The notes beneath the pieces are model-generated. The model was not told the DNA's origin and made no database searches. It worked only from the letters and a program-made list of their open reading frames with translations. A stretch of 32,000 nt of DNA from Candidatus Saccharimonadota bacterium. GTDB lineage: Archaea > Nanohalarchaeota > Nanosalinia > Nanosalinales > Nanosalinaceae. Below, piece after piece: positions 1 to 8,772 of the stretch (positions are counted from its first letter, which is position 1; every line of letters begins with the position of its first letter). The position numbers and the translations under genes were made by a program. The stretch lies in the NCBI RefSeq assembly GCF_047555085.1, contig NZ_CP180230.1, forward strand, positions 930,001 to 962,000, read 5' to 3'.

Positions 1-210
1 GTGGATATGATCATCGAGTTCGAGAAAAAAGTTCTTGAGGACGGTGAAGTGAAATGGTCTTCTACTGGGAAAAGCAAGATGACGACTAAGACGGAGTTTG
101 AGCTTTTGTTGCGGAACTCAAGTTTCTCAGAGTGGAATGTCTACGGTGGTTTTGATCTTGAGGAGCTGGAAAACTCGGAGCAGGAGATGGTCTGGATAAT
201 AGAGAAATGA
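1..210 (+). CDS. C-terminal fragment of a probable class I SAM-dependent methyltransferase (5' end lies outside the window)
   Basis: The reading frame is open from base 1. The tail (...NVYGGFDLEELENSEQEMVWIIEK) resembles the usual C-terminus of small SAM methyltransferases. Its stop overlaps the next start (ATGA at 207-210). Function is assigned on weak similarity only. Confidence 0.4.
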   Translation: MDMIIEFEKKVLEDGEVKWSSTGKSKMTTKTEFELLLRNSSFSEWNVYGGFDLEELENSEQEMVWIIEK

Positions 211-596
211 AGCTGAAAGTTTTCGATACAGAGATTTTTCTGGATGAAAGTCTTGTAGAGGCCTCTGAAGACGAGATCAGGAGACAGGTGAAAGAGTATC
301 TTTTAGGAGAACAAGAAGTTTTTGAACTGGATTTTTCGAGGCCGGAAAATTTTACAGGGAAAGTTATGGAGGAGATGCTGGAGATCCCGCGTGGCGAGAC
401 CAGAAGTTACGGCGAGATTGCAGAGGCCTTGGATTCTGCTGCGATTGCTGTTGGTCAGGCCTGTGGAAGGAATCCTTTGCCGTTGATTGTTCCTTGTCAC
501 AGGGTTGTCGGGAAAAGTTCTGTTGGTGGTTACTGCGGTGAGAAAGACAGTTTGGCGAAGAAAAAGTTGCTGGAGCTGGAAGAGTCAGATTTTTAA
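207..596 (+). CDS. ogt: Methylated-DNA--protein-cysteine methyltransferase (O6-alkylguanine-DNA alkyltransferase)
   Basis: The active-site motif IVPCHRVV is present, preceded by an HTH-like segment (RSYGEIAEALDSAAIAVGQACGRNPLP). At 129 aa it is typical of a short archaeal Ogt. Confidence 0.85.
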   Translation: MKLKVFDTEIFLDESLVEASEDEIRRQVKEYLLGEQEVFELDFSRPENFTGKVMEEMLEIPRGETRSYGEIAEALDSAAIAVGQACGRNPLPLIVPCHRVVGKSSVGGYCGEKDSLAKKKLLELEESDF

Positions 597-668
597 CTCT
601 GCCCGCAAAAATTCTGGTTACAATGAAAGGTGGATGTGTTTCTACCGGCTACGTTTGCAACTTGTAGG

Positions 669-699
669 CCTGTTTTAGGTCAGTTAAAACCTGTTTTAG
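669..699 (+). promoter_or_regulatory. Two exact copies of CCTGTTTTAG, 21 bp apart, abutting a TATA-like GATAAAAATTT upstream of serS
   Basis: The copies are at 669-678 and 690-699. The TATA-like element is at about 699-709 and the ATG at 728, which suggests a leaderless or near-leaderless mRNA. Confidence 0.3.
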
Positions 700-727
700 A
701 TAAAAATTTCTGCACAAGTGATTATAC

Positions 728-1996
728 ATGTTAGATATTGAACTGTTCCGTGAGAGTCCTGAGATTATTAAGGCCTCTGAGGAGAGGCGTGGGAAAGATC
801 CTGAAAGAGTTGATAAAGTAGTTGAATTGGATGAGGCCTGGCGTGAGACTTTGCAGAGGCTTCAGGAGCTTCAGGAGAAGCGGAACTCTGTCGGGGACAA
901 GATTGCTGAACTGAAAAAGAACGGTGAGGATGCCCAAGAATATATTGAAAAGATGCAGGAGGTTAAAGAGACGATCTCCGAGCTTGAAGAAGATGTAGAA
1001 GCTTTGAAGGCGGAGCGTGATGAGTTAAGATATCGTGTAGGGAATGTTCTGCATGATTCTGTTCCTGAGGGAGATGATGAAGATGATAACAGGGAGATCA
1101 AGACATGGGAGCCGGATTCAGGCATAGATGAAGATGCGGAGCTTGCTGCGGATATCCTGCAGGAGAACGATCTCGTGGAGACTGAGAAAGCGGCTGAATT
1201 ATCCGGCGAACGCGCTTATTATCTGAAAAATGAGTTGTTCCGCTTGAATCAGGCCTTGATCCAGTTCTCGATGGATCTGCTTGAGGAAAAAGATTTCACG
1301 CCTATGCAGACTCCTTACTACTTGAAGCACAGGCCTATGGAGGCTGCTGCAGAGCTTGAGGATTTTGAGGAGCAGCTTTACAAGATCGAGGATGAGGATA
1401 AGTACCTGATTGCGACTTCGGAACAGACTCTGGCGACTTTCCACATGGATGAAATTTTGCAGCCTCAGGATCTTCCGAAGAAGTACGCCGGATTTTCCAC
1501 GAACTTCAGGCAGGAGGCCGGTAAGCACGGACAGGAGACTCGTGGGATCTGGCGCGTCCACCAGTTTGAGAAAGTTGAGCAGTACATTTTTTGCGAACCG
1601 GAGGAAAGCTGGGATAAACACGAGGAGTTACTTGAAAATTCCGAGGAAGTTATGCAGAAGCTAGGCCTTCCGTACAGAGTTGTCAACGTCTGTACAGGCG
1701 ACATGAACGATAACGCGGCTAAAAAGTACGATGTTGAAGTGTGGAGGCCTCCTCTTCAGGAGTACGGAGAAGTTGTGTCCTGCAGTAACTGTACTGATTT
1801 CCAGGCCCGAAAAGTCGGTGTCCGGATCAGAAGGGACGGCGACAATGAGACTGCTCACACGTTGAACGCGACAGCGTGCGCTACTTCAAGAGTTATGACG
1901 GCTATCATCGAGAACAATCAGACTGAGCAGGGGATCAAGATTCCTGAGCCGCTTCAGAAGTACATGGGCGGAAAAGAGTTTATCGAATTAGAGTAA
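728..1996 (+). CDS. serS: Seryl-tRNA synthetase (class II)
   Basis: 422 aa. It has an N-terminal coiled-coil tRNA arm (MLDIELFRE...) and class II motifs (FRQEAG..., GEVVSCSNCTDFQARK, LNATACATSRVMTAIIEN). Confidence 0.95.
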   Translation: MLDIELFRESPEIIKASEERRGKDPERVDKVVELDEAWRETLQRLQELQEKRNSVGDKIAELKKNGEDAQEYIEKMQEVKETISELEEDVEALKAERDELRYRVGNVLHDSVPEGDDEDDNREIKTWEPDSGIDEDAELAADILQENDLVETEKAAELSGERAYYLKNELFRLNQALIQFSMDLLEEKDFTPMQTPYYLKHRPMEAAAELEDFEEQLYKIEDEDKYLIATSEQTLATFHMDEILQPQDLPKKYAGFSTNFRQEAGKHGQETRGIWRVHQFEKVEQYIFCEPEESWDKHEELLENSEEVMQKLGLPYRVVNVCTGDMNDNAAKKYDVEVWRPPLQEYGEVVSCSNCTDFQARKVGVRIRRDGDNETAHTLNATACATSRVMTAIIENNQTEQGIKIPEPLQKYMGGKEFIELE

Positions 1997-2000
1997 ATTC

Positions 2001-2018
2001 AGGCCTTGAGATAGGCCT
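2001..2018. terminator. AGGCCT-N6-AGGCCT hairpin-capable element between convergent serS and the 379-aa ORF, followed by T-rich sequence
   Basis: AGGCCTTGAGATAGGCCT: the two self-complementary hexamers can form a 6-bp stem with a 6-nt loop. TTAATTTTCTCTT follows. Confidence 0.3.
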
Positions 2019-2030
2019 CTTAATTTTCTC

Positions 2031-3170
2031 TTATATCCTTGTCCGGACACGTCTTTCGTCAGGAAGAATGTCTGGATCCCATCCTTCCGCTAAGTAGTCA
2101 ACTATTGTTTCATCAGGAAGTTCGTCCATGTACTGTTGGGCCTCTCTGTAGTCGTCTTTCCACTGATTGGCTATCTGTTCAGCTACTGGTTCCGGATAGT
2201 CATGGTTTTCAGTCAGAGTTTTGACAAGAGTGTCAGGGAATGCCTTGTAATCCTGTCCTCCGAAGAAGTATTGCTGGCTTTTCACAGCGCCAGAAAATTC
2301 GTTGTCAACGAAGACAGGGAATCTTCCTTCTCCGTCCTGCCACGAGTCTATAAAGAACTCGTCTTTTCTGTCGAACCAGTTAATTATCTGTAAGTTGGCG
2401 AGATTAGCATAATATTTCGCAAGGCCGTCTGTATCGCTGTTTCCTAGGCCTCCTTTGAAGACGTCTTCGAGACTGTTTCGCAATACGTAAACGCTTCCAT
2501 CGTCTTCAACATCTACAGCAGTCCATTTAGTCGGTGTAAGAGGCCTTGCTGCTTCATTATCTCTTACATCAGCATAGTATGACATTAGTGCTGTCTGAAG
2601 ATCTCTTTCGTCTATCATAGTAACTGATTCATTGAAATCAGCCATATCACCAGATCCTATGCTTCTATGGTAAACATCATCGTGTTTCATCCTGTTGAAA
2701 TCTGTGTTTTTATGGAGTCTGTACAGTGTTTCATCGTCTAGAGGCCTCCAGTGTCTCAATACAAGTTCCTTGTCTGATTCCTCTGATTTCAGAAACATGA
2801 CGTTCGGCATCGAAAGTATTCCGCCGGCAGGAATATTCTGACGGGGCACAACACTGTATCTCTCACCATCAATATCTGCATATGCATCAAATTCACTTTT
2901 AGTCTCCGCAAAACGTGTTTCAGCCTCACGAACCAGTTCCCTATTCTTTTCTTTCACTTTCTCGTTTTGAGAGGCCTGTCTGTCACCCATTGTAGAACGA
3001 TACTCTCTAACAACCTGATTTCTTTCATGGTTCGACTCAAGAACAGGCTCGAGAGGATCATAAACACTGAAAAGACTCTCTGCATGAACTTGCTCTCCGT
3101 CAAGATAGAAGTCTACATCTTTAATTCCCAGTACATCAGGCCCGAGCATATTGTTACTTTGTAGTGACAT
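2031..3170 (-). CDS. Hypothetical acidic cytoplasmic protein with no recognisable motif
   Basis: An uninterrupted 379-codon ORF with an ATG start. Its D/E-rich composition matches neighbouring genes. I see no signal peptide or TM segment and no family I can name. Confidence 0.65.
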   Translation of the reverse strand: MSLQSNNMLGPDVLGIKDVDFYLDGEQVHAESLFSVYDPLEPVLESNHERNQVVREYRSTMGDRQASQNEKVKEKNRELVREAETRFAETKSEFDAYADIDGERYSVVPRQNIPAGGILSMPNVMFLKSEESDKELVLRHWRPLDDETLYRLHKNTDFNRMKHDDVYHRSIGSGDMADFNESVTMIDERDLQTALMSYYADVRDNEAARPLTPTKWTAVDVEDDGSVYVLRNSLEDVFKGGLGNSDTDGLAKYYANLANLQIINWFDRKDEFFIDSWQDGEGRFPVFVDNEFSGAVKSQQYFFGGQDYKAFPDTLVKTLTENHDYPEPVAEQIANQWKDDYREAQQYMDELPDETIVDYLAEGWDPDILPDERRVRTRI

Positions 3171-3251
3171 TCTTTTATCCTTTTCTGTTGAATGGCCGAA
3201 TTAAAAAATCAAGCCTGTAATTATAGAACTGTTGGTGTAGATTAAAGTATT

Positions 3252-5312
3252 ATGCAGACGACAGTGATGGTCGGTGAGAAGCCGAACGTTGCCAGTAAAC
3301 TGGCTCAGGCCCTGGGAGATTACAGTATGAAGAAGAACCGCGGGGTAAAAAATTACATCATTGAGACAGACGATAGACGTATAATCATCGCACCTGCTGT
3401 CGGACACATATTCAATCTTGATTCTACTGAAGAGGGCTGGGATTACCCTGTTTTCGATGTAGAGTGGAAGCCTACCTTCGAGACCAGTGATTCTGCCGAC
3501 TACATGAAAAAGTACTACAATAATCTCAAAGACCAGCTTGAGAAAGCAGATACATACATTAACGCATGCGACTTCGATCTTGAAGGGAGTGTTATCGGTG
3601 CCAACGTCATCAAGCAGATCACAGGAGCTTCAAACGAGCAAATAGAGCGTATGAAGTTCTCCACACTTACCAAAAGTGATCTGCAGGAGGCCTTTGATAA
3701 TCTGGAGAGCTTCGATGAGGGAATGACAGATGCAGGAATCACACGACACATACTGGATTATTACTACGGTGTCAACGTTTCACGGGCATTGATGCAGGCT
3801 GTACGTGAGAATGACCGCTACAAGACTCTGTCCACAGGCCGTGTACAGGGACCGGCACTGAAAGTGCTTGCCGATCGTGAAAGAGAGATCATGGAGTTCG
3901 AGCCTGATCCTTACTGGGAGATTTTCCTGCACCACTCAGAGTTCGATGCGAAGTTCCAGGAAACAGGTGCCGATAGAGACAAGACCGACAGGATCTGGAA
4001 GGAAGAAGACGCTAATCAGGTTTTCAACACGGTTAAAGGAGAGAAAAAAGCCCGCGTATCGAATATAAAAGTCAATAATTACAGCCACAATCCTCCTGTG
4101 CCTTTTAACTTGACAGGCCTTCAGAAAGAGGCCTCCAGCCAGTTCAATCTTTCTCCGAAGAAGACTCAGTCTATTGCACAGTCTCTTTACGAAGATTCTC
4201 TGATTTCGTATCCTCGTACCGAGTCCCAGAAATTGCCTGCGAAGCTTGGATACAAGAATCTGCTTAACAAGCTTAAAGGTCAGGACGACTACAGTGAACT
4301 GGCGAAGAAGGTTCTGAAGAAGGATAAAAACGATAATATGTATCCTCGGCAGGGGAAGAAGGAGGACGATGCGCATCCTGCGATTTATCCGACGGGTGAG
4401 AGGCCTTCGAATCTTTCTAAGATGGAGAGGAAAGTGTATGATTTGATTGTTAAGCGTTTCTTTGCGGTGTTCGGAGATGCTGCGAAGAGGCAGTCTCTGA
4501 CTTTGACGCTTGATGTACTTGGATACGACTTTACAGCGAAGTCAAAGGTTACAAAGGAGCGTAACTGGTTTGATCTTTATGATCCATATGTTAAAGTTGA
4601 GGAGGCGGAGCTTCCAGGTGTTGAGGAAGGTGAGAAGCTTGATGTTGAAGGCTTTGATCTTGAGGAGAAAGAGACGCAGCCACCTCGACGTTACAGCCAG
4701 TCTGGAATTGTTTCAGAGCTTGAGAAGAAGAATCTTGGTACCAAGGCTACGAGAGCTGCTACGGTTGATAGACTGTATGACAGGAATTATATCGAGGGCT
4801 CTCCTATCGAGGTCTCTGATCTAGGGCTTGCGATAGTCGAGACTCTGGAGAAACATGCTCCTGATCTTATGAGCGAGGAGCTTACTCGTGAGTTCGAGGA
4901 AAAGATGGAGGCTATCAGGAACAGCGAGGAAACAAGCGACGAAGTAGTTGAAAAAGCCAGAGAAGAGCTGGAAGAGACATTGATGAAGTTCAAGGAACAG
5001 GAAAAAGAGATAGGTGCTGAACTCGTCGATACCATAGACTCAGAGAGAAAGAGAAGACGACAGCTCGGCGACTGTCTTGAATGCGACGACGGCACGTTGC
5101 GCATCATAAAAAGCAACGGAAACCGTTTCGTAGGCTGTTCCAACTACCCTGACTGTGAGAACACTTTCCCATTGCCGAGAAACGGCGAAATCAACAGTAT
5201 GGAGGACGTATGCGAGGAATGTGGCAACCCGAAGATATATGTCAGCAGGGACTCAGGGAACGACTACAACATGTGCATCGATCCCGACTGCCCTACAAAG
5301 GATGACTGGTAG
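3252..5312 (+). CDS. topA: DNA topoisomerase, type IA
   Basis: Toprim N-terminus (VMVGEKPNVA ... CDFDLEGS) and active-site tyrosine context ISYPRTESQ. Two C-terminal Cys4 zinc ribbons are present (CLECDDG...CSNYPDC and CEECGNP...CIDPDC). Confidence 0.93.
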   Translation: MQTTVMVGEKPNVASKLAQALGDYSMKKNRGVKNYIIETDDRRIIIAPAVGHIFNLDSTEEGWDYPVFDVEWKPTFETSDSADYMKKYYNNLKDQLEKADTYINACDFDLEGSVIGANVIKQITGASNEQIERMKFSTLTKSDLQEAFDNLESFDEGMTDAGITRHILDYYYGVNVSRALMQAVRENDRYKTLSTGRVQGPALKVLADREREIMEFEPDPYWEIFLHHSEFDAKFQETGADRDKTDRIWKEEDANQVFNTVKGEKKARVSNIKVNNYSHNPPVPFNLTGLQKEASSQFNLSPKKTQSIAQSLYEDSLISYPRTESQKLPAKLGYKNLLNKLKGQDDYSELAKKVLKKDKNDNMYPRQGKKEDDAHPAIYPTGERPSNLSKMERKVYDLIVKRFFAVFGDAAKRQSLTLTLDVLGYDFTAKSKVTKERNWFDLYDPYVKVEEAELPGVEEGEKLDVEGFDLEEKETQPPRRYSQSGIVSELEKKNLGTKATRAATVDRLYDRNYIEGSPIEVSDLGLAIVETLEKHAPDLMSEELTREFEEKMEAIRNSEETSDEVVEKAREELEETLMKFKEQEKEIGAELVDTIDSERKRRRQLGDCLECDDGTLRIIKSNGNRFVGCSNYPDCENTFPLPRNGEINSMEDVCEECGNPKIYVSRDSGNDYNMCIDPDCPTKDDW

Positions 5313-5313
5313 A

Positions 5314-6168
5314 CTACCTTACCTCGTTGGAAAGGAACTCTATAACCTTGTCAGTATTTTCCTGGGCCTTCTCCAGATCGAACTGTTCTCCCAGTTCATC
5401 GAATCTTTCTGCAAAGGCCTCTTCATCTTCTACTAGCTCACTTAGCTCTTCAGCTGAGTCCACGAAGGCCTTTCTTATGTCCTCATTCTCCGGATTCTCT
5501 TTCTGTATGCTTCCGTAGAGGCCTGGCTTCTGGTTCAGCATCCTGGCCGTCAGATCAGTTATCAGGCTGTAGACCGGTGATGAGAACTCCTGCATATCTT
5601 CGCCTTCGAACTCGGATTTACGGATCACATCCGCCACTACAAGCTCGGAGAAATGCATTAATCCCTGGACGAAGCTCATCGCCCTGTCATGGCTCTCAGG
5701 ATCAGTGAAATGCAGATCTGCACCGTTTTCCTCCCAGAACTCCTCCATTACAGTCCATTTCTTCCCTTTCTCGGGACACAGTACTACTTTCTGGCCTTTT
5801 ATCGTATTGCTGGGTGCGTACATCGGATGCATCCCCAGTACTTCATCAGAATACTTTTTCATGGCCTCTACAGGCCTCTGTTTCACACTTGTTACATCGC
5901 AGAAGAGTGCGTTGTCTGGAACTTTCGGGCCTATACTTTCAATTACATCGACTGTTACAGAGATCGGTACTGAGACGATCACGATATCTGCATCCTTTAC
6001 TATCTCTTCTGATTCACCGTAGCCCCATTCATGTTTATTCGCTATTTTTTCAGCTTTCTCTATGCTGCTGCCGGAGATAAAGATTTCGTTTCCTTCTTCC
6101 ATGTGTTTTCCAAGATGCTGGCCGAACTTTCCCGTCCCTCCGACAATCGCAATCTTCTGATCAATCAT
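5314..6168 (-). CDS. tyrA: Prephenate dehydrogenase
   Basis: Rossmann motif IAIVGGTGKFG, the GMHPMYAP motif, and a 284-aa length. It lies within a Phe/Tyr gene neighbourhood. Confidence 0.85.
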   Translation of the reverse strand: MIDQKIAIVGGTGKFGQHLGKHMEEGNEIFISGSSIEKAEKIANKHEWGYGESEEIVKDADIVIVSVPISVTVDVIESIGPKVPDNALFCDVTSVKQRPVEAMKKYSDEVLGMHPMYAPSNTIKGQKVVLCPEKGKKWTVMEEFWEENGADLHFTDPESHDRAMSFVQGLMHFSELVVADVIRKSEFEGEDMQEFSSPVYSLITDLTARMLNQKPGLYGSIQKENPENEDIRKAFVDSAEELSELVEDEEAFAERFDELGEQFDLEKAQENTDKVIEFLSNEVR

Positions 6169-6264
6169 TATGCAGCAAGACCGGACTCGAGGCCTAAATA
6201 GATTTTCCAGGAGAAAGGATTAGAGACCTCAACAGTTTTACATCCGGAGATATAATACAGAGAT

Positions 6265-6564
6265 ATGGCAGAACTAATTGAAGATGAAGAACTTGAACAG
6301 GCGCTGGATGAACTCCAGATCTGGAGCGAGTTGAACGGAAAACTTACTACAAGAGTGGAGTTCGATGACTACAGAGAGACTGTCTTCTTCGCCAACACAG
6401 TTTTCTCACTGGCCGAGGAAGAGTTCCACCATCCCGAAGTAAGCGTACAGTACGGCGCCGTTGAAATCGATCTCTGGAGCCACGAAGAAGACGGCATCAC
6501 AGAAAAAGACTTGGAGATGGCGAAAAAGATAGAGGAAAAAGTAGGAAAGATAAACTGGGATTAA
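6265..6564 (+). CDS. Pterin-4a-carbinolamine dehydratase (PCD/DCoH family)
   Basis: 99 aa. The family signature is intact: E-x3-HHP-x5-Y-x9-H-x8-D (EEEFHHPEVSVQYGAVEIDLWSHEEDGITEKD). Confidence 0.8.
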   Translation: MAELIEDEELEQALDELQIWSELNGKLTTRVEFDDYRETVFFANTVFSLAEEEFHHPEVSVQYGAVEIDLWSHEEDGITEKDLEMAKKIEEKVGKINWD

Positions 6565-7664
6565 CGATTCTCCAATCTGTCAAAGGCCTTCTCTATCTCC
6601 TCTTTAGTGGTCGATCCAAAACATATCCTGACGTTTCTATCGCTTTCAGGCCCCATAGGCTCACCGGGGACCATCGCGACACCTTCCTCAATCATATCCA
6701 TGCAGAAATCCCAGGAATCCTCGCCTACCTCTGGGAAAGCATAGATCGCGCCTTCAGGAGCGACAAAGTCCCATCCCAAGGCCTCCATGCGTTCAACTAA
6801 CAGATCCCTTCTTTCCTCATAGGCCTCACGCATCTCCTCGACATGCGAATCATTGTTCAAGGCCTCAATCGCCGCGTACTGCGAAATTCTCGGCGGACAC
6901 GCTGTAGAGGCTCTGGAAACTTTCGCGTATTCCTCTATATTTTCCGGTTCGTCGATTATCCAGCCGACTCTCCAGCCCGTCATCGCATGATTTTTCGAAG
7001 CAGAGCCTATAACCGCGGAATCATGTGCATGAACTGCTGGCGAGTAATGCTTCTTTCCGTAGGTGAGTCTGTGATACACTTCATCCGATACGAGGAAAGT
7101 ATCGTTTTCTTCAGCACATTCACCGATTTCACGGGCCTGATCCTCTGTCAAAACATAGCCCGTTGGATTTCCTGGCGTATTAACAACAATCATGTCAGCC
7201 TCAGCAATTTTTTCCTTCGCCTCTTCTCTCAGTTCTCTATCATCGTTCCAGTACTCGACCTGTTCCCATTCATTGCCGTTGACCTCGGAGATCATCTTGT
7301 AAGGCCCCCAGCACGGATCATTGAACAAGGCCTTATCGTCTTCTCCAAGCCTGGCGGCGAAGATGGCGAACAAAGCCCCCATACCGCCTGTCGTAACCAT
7401 CACGTTTTCAAGGCCTAAGTCGAAATCTTGAAATCCTTCTTTGTTATTCTCTTCCTTCAGGACTGCTTCTCTCATCTCTTCAAGGCCCAGCATAGGAGAA
7501 TATCCCTGTTTGTTTTCCAGGCCTTCTTTAGCTGCTTCTTTAACGTGTTCTGGCGTGTCAAAGCTTGGCTGTCCAATGTCAAACCTTACGACATCGTCCA
7601 TCTTTGCTGCTTTTTCCGATATTTTTCTGATCGATAAGTTGATATTTTCGATGCGTTCTCTCAT
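6561..7664 (-). CDS. Class I/II PLP-dependent aminotransferase (aspartate/aromatic type)
   Basis: Contains NTPGNPTG and the PLP-lysine motif SASKNHAMTGWRVGW. GAGGT lies 7 nt upstream of the ATG. It directly follows pheA on the same strand. Confidence 0.88.
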   Translation of the reverse strand: MRERIENINLSIRKISEKAAKMDDVVRFDIGQPSFDTPEHVKEAAKEGLENKQGYSPMLGLEEMREAVLKEENNKEGFQDFDLGLENVMVTTGGMGALFAIFAARLGEDDKALFNDPCWGPYKMISEVNGNEWEQVEYWNDDRELREEAKEKIAEADMIVVNTPGNPTGYVLTEDQAREIGECAEENDTFLVSDEVYHRLTYGKKHYSPAVHAHDSAVIGSASKNHAMTGWRVGWIIDEPENIEEYAKVSRASTACPPRISQYAAIEALNNDSHVEEMREAYEERRDLLVERMEALGWDFVAPEGAIYAFPEVGEDSWDFCMDMIEEGVAMVPGEPMGPESDRNVRICFGSTTKEEIEKAFDRLENR

Positions 7665-7676
7665 GAATTTTTACCT

Positions 7677-8453
7677 CTATTCAGGCCTCTCTGCTTTCCT
7701 GTACCCTCCAAGATTCTGAACGTCTCCGTATGTCTCAAGTGCTGTAACTGCCTTCTGAAGTTTTTCTCCTGAGGCCTCTGCCTCGACATAGAAGTAGTAC
7801 TCACCGAGCTTTTCCTTCGTAGGCCTTGACTGGATGTGGCTCAAGTTGATCTCGTGTCCCGCGAAACACGACAGCATTGCGTGAAGCAGGCCGGGCCTGT
7901 CCTCTCCCGGCTCCAGTATGAGTGAAGATTTTTCTCGGGCCTCTGGTTCACCATTGAGGACAAGGAAACGTGTGACGTTTACGTCCCTGTCCTGGACAGA
8001 TCTCTTGAGAATGTTTTTATCGTTGATTTCTGCTGCGATCTCTGAGGCCAGAGCGGCTTCTCCTGTTTCAAGGCCTGTTACTGCGTCTGCCGTAGAATTT
8101 GTCTCCTCTGTACTCCAGCCGTGTTGTTCTATTATCTGTTTGCACTGGGCCAGGGCCTGGGGATGAGATTTTACTTTTTCGATGTCTTCTATACTTTTTT
8201 CGTCGGAGATCAGTGCGTGCTGGATCGGTAGGACGACTTCGCCGGAGATTTTTTCGTCTTTCTCTCTCAAGAGGTCGATTGTGTCTGTTACTCCTCCTCC
8301 TAGAGAGTTTTCGATTGGAACTAATTTGGCCTCTGTATCTGATTCAAATACCTCTCTTATAGTTGAACAGAACTCTGGCTCTAAATCTTCGAAGTATTTT
8401 TCCGCTGCCTGATGTGTATAGGTGCCTTCAGGGCCTAGAAGTGCGACTTTCAA
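7677..8453 (-). CDS. pheA: Prephenate dehydratase with C-terminal ACT domain
   Basis: N-terminus KVALLGPEGTYTHQAA and an ACT-region motif (IQSRPTKEKLGEYYFYVE). The start is TTG, 3 nt after the upstream stop; no ATG is available. Confidence 0.9.
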   Translation of the reverse strand: MKVALLGPEGTYTHQAAEKYFEDLEPEFCSTIREVFESDTEAKLVPIENSLGGGVTDTIDLLREKDEKISGEVVLPIQHALISDEKSIEDIEKVKSHPQALAQCKQIIEQHGWSTEETNSTADAVTGLETGEAALASEIAAEINDKNILKRSVQDRDVNVTRFLVLNGEPEAREKSSLILEPGEDRPGLLHAMLSCFAGHEINLSHIQSRPTKEKLGEYYFYVEAEASGEKLQKAVTALETYGDVQNLGGYRKAERPE

Positions 8454-8456
8454 AAA

Positions 8457-8732
8457 TTATTCTTCCTCCATTAGGTCTTCCTGTATATCGACAGCCGTTT
8501 CTATAAGGACTTCAGCCAGTTCCCGGCCTCTCTCTGGAGGCATCTTCTTGTTCTCGAACATTTCCTCGAAATCCTGCTTCACTTCTTCCTCTCTTTCTTC
8601 ATCACGGATCTGCATATCTTCACGGCTCTTGTAGTTCATTACCTTGAGAACTGCATCCATCCTGTCACGGACGTTTCCAGCTATTCTTTTGTTCGCCTTA
8701 TCGATCTCCTCACGTGCATCCTCCAGACTCAT
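8457..8732 (-). CDS. Probable AroQ-type chorismate mutase
   Basis: A 91-aa all-helical-looking protein (LEDAREEIDKANKRIAGNVRDRMDAVLKV...) lying immediately upstream of pheA in the same operon. The call rests on size, context and weak motif similarity. Confidence 0.55.
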   Translation of the reverse strand: MSLEDAREEIDKANKRIAGNVRDRMDAVLKVMNYKSREDMQIRDEEREEEVKQDFEEMFENKKMPPERGRELAEVLIETAVDIQEDLMEEE

Positions 8733-8772
8733 GTAGATACAGTTGAGGCCTACATTTTAGAATTTTTCCGTG

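Noticed and set aside
3936-4376. Long antisense ORFs from the six-frame track that lie inside well-supported genes. Examples: 3936..4376(-) in topA, 1199..1621(-) in serS, 6843..7418(+) in the aminotransferase, 28167..28628(+) in polB, and 11299..11655(-) in cdc48.
   Set aside because: They are fully embedded opposite genes with clear family motifs. Their translations are basic and Ser/Leu/Arg/Cys-rich, unlike the uniformly acidic proteome. They are classic shadow ORFs.
4397-5414. AGGCCT-free gaps as possible foreign DNA (about 4397-5414 in topA, 17858-18810 in the secreted acidic protein gene, 31167-31737).
   Set aside because: With a mean spacing of about 210 bp and about 150 intervals, one or two gaps of about 1 kb are expected by chance. 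The largest gap lies in the core gene topA, so a gap alone is not evidence of horizontal transfer.
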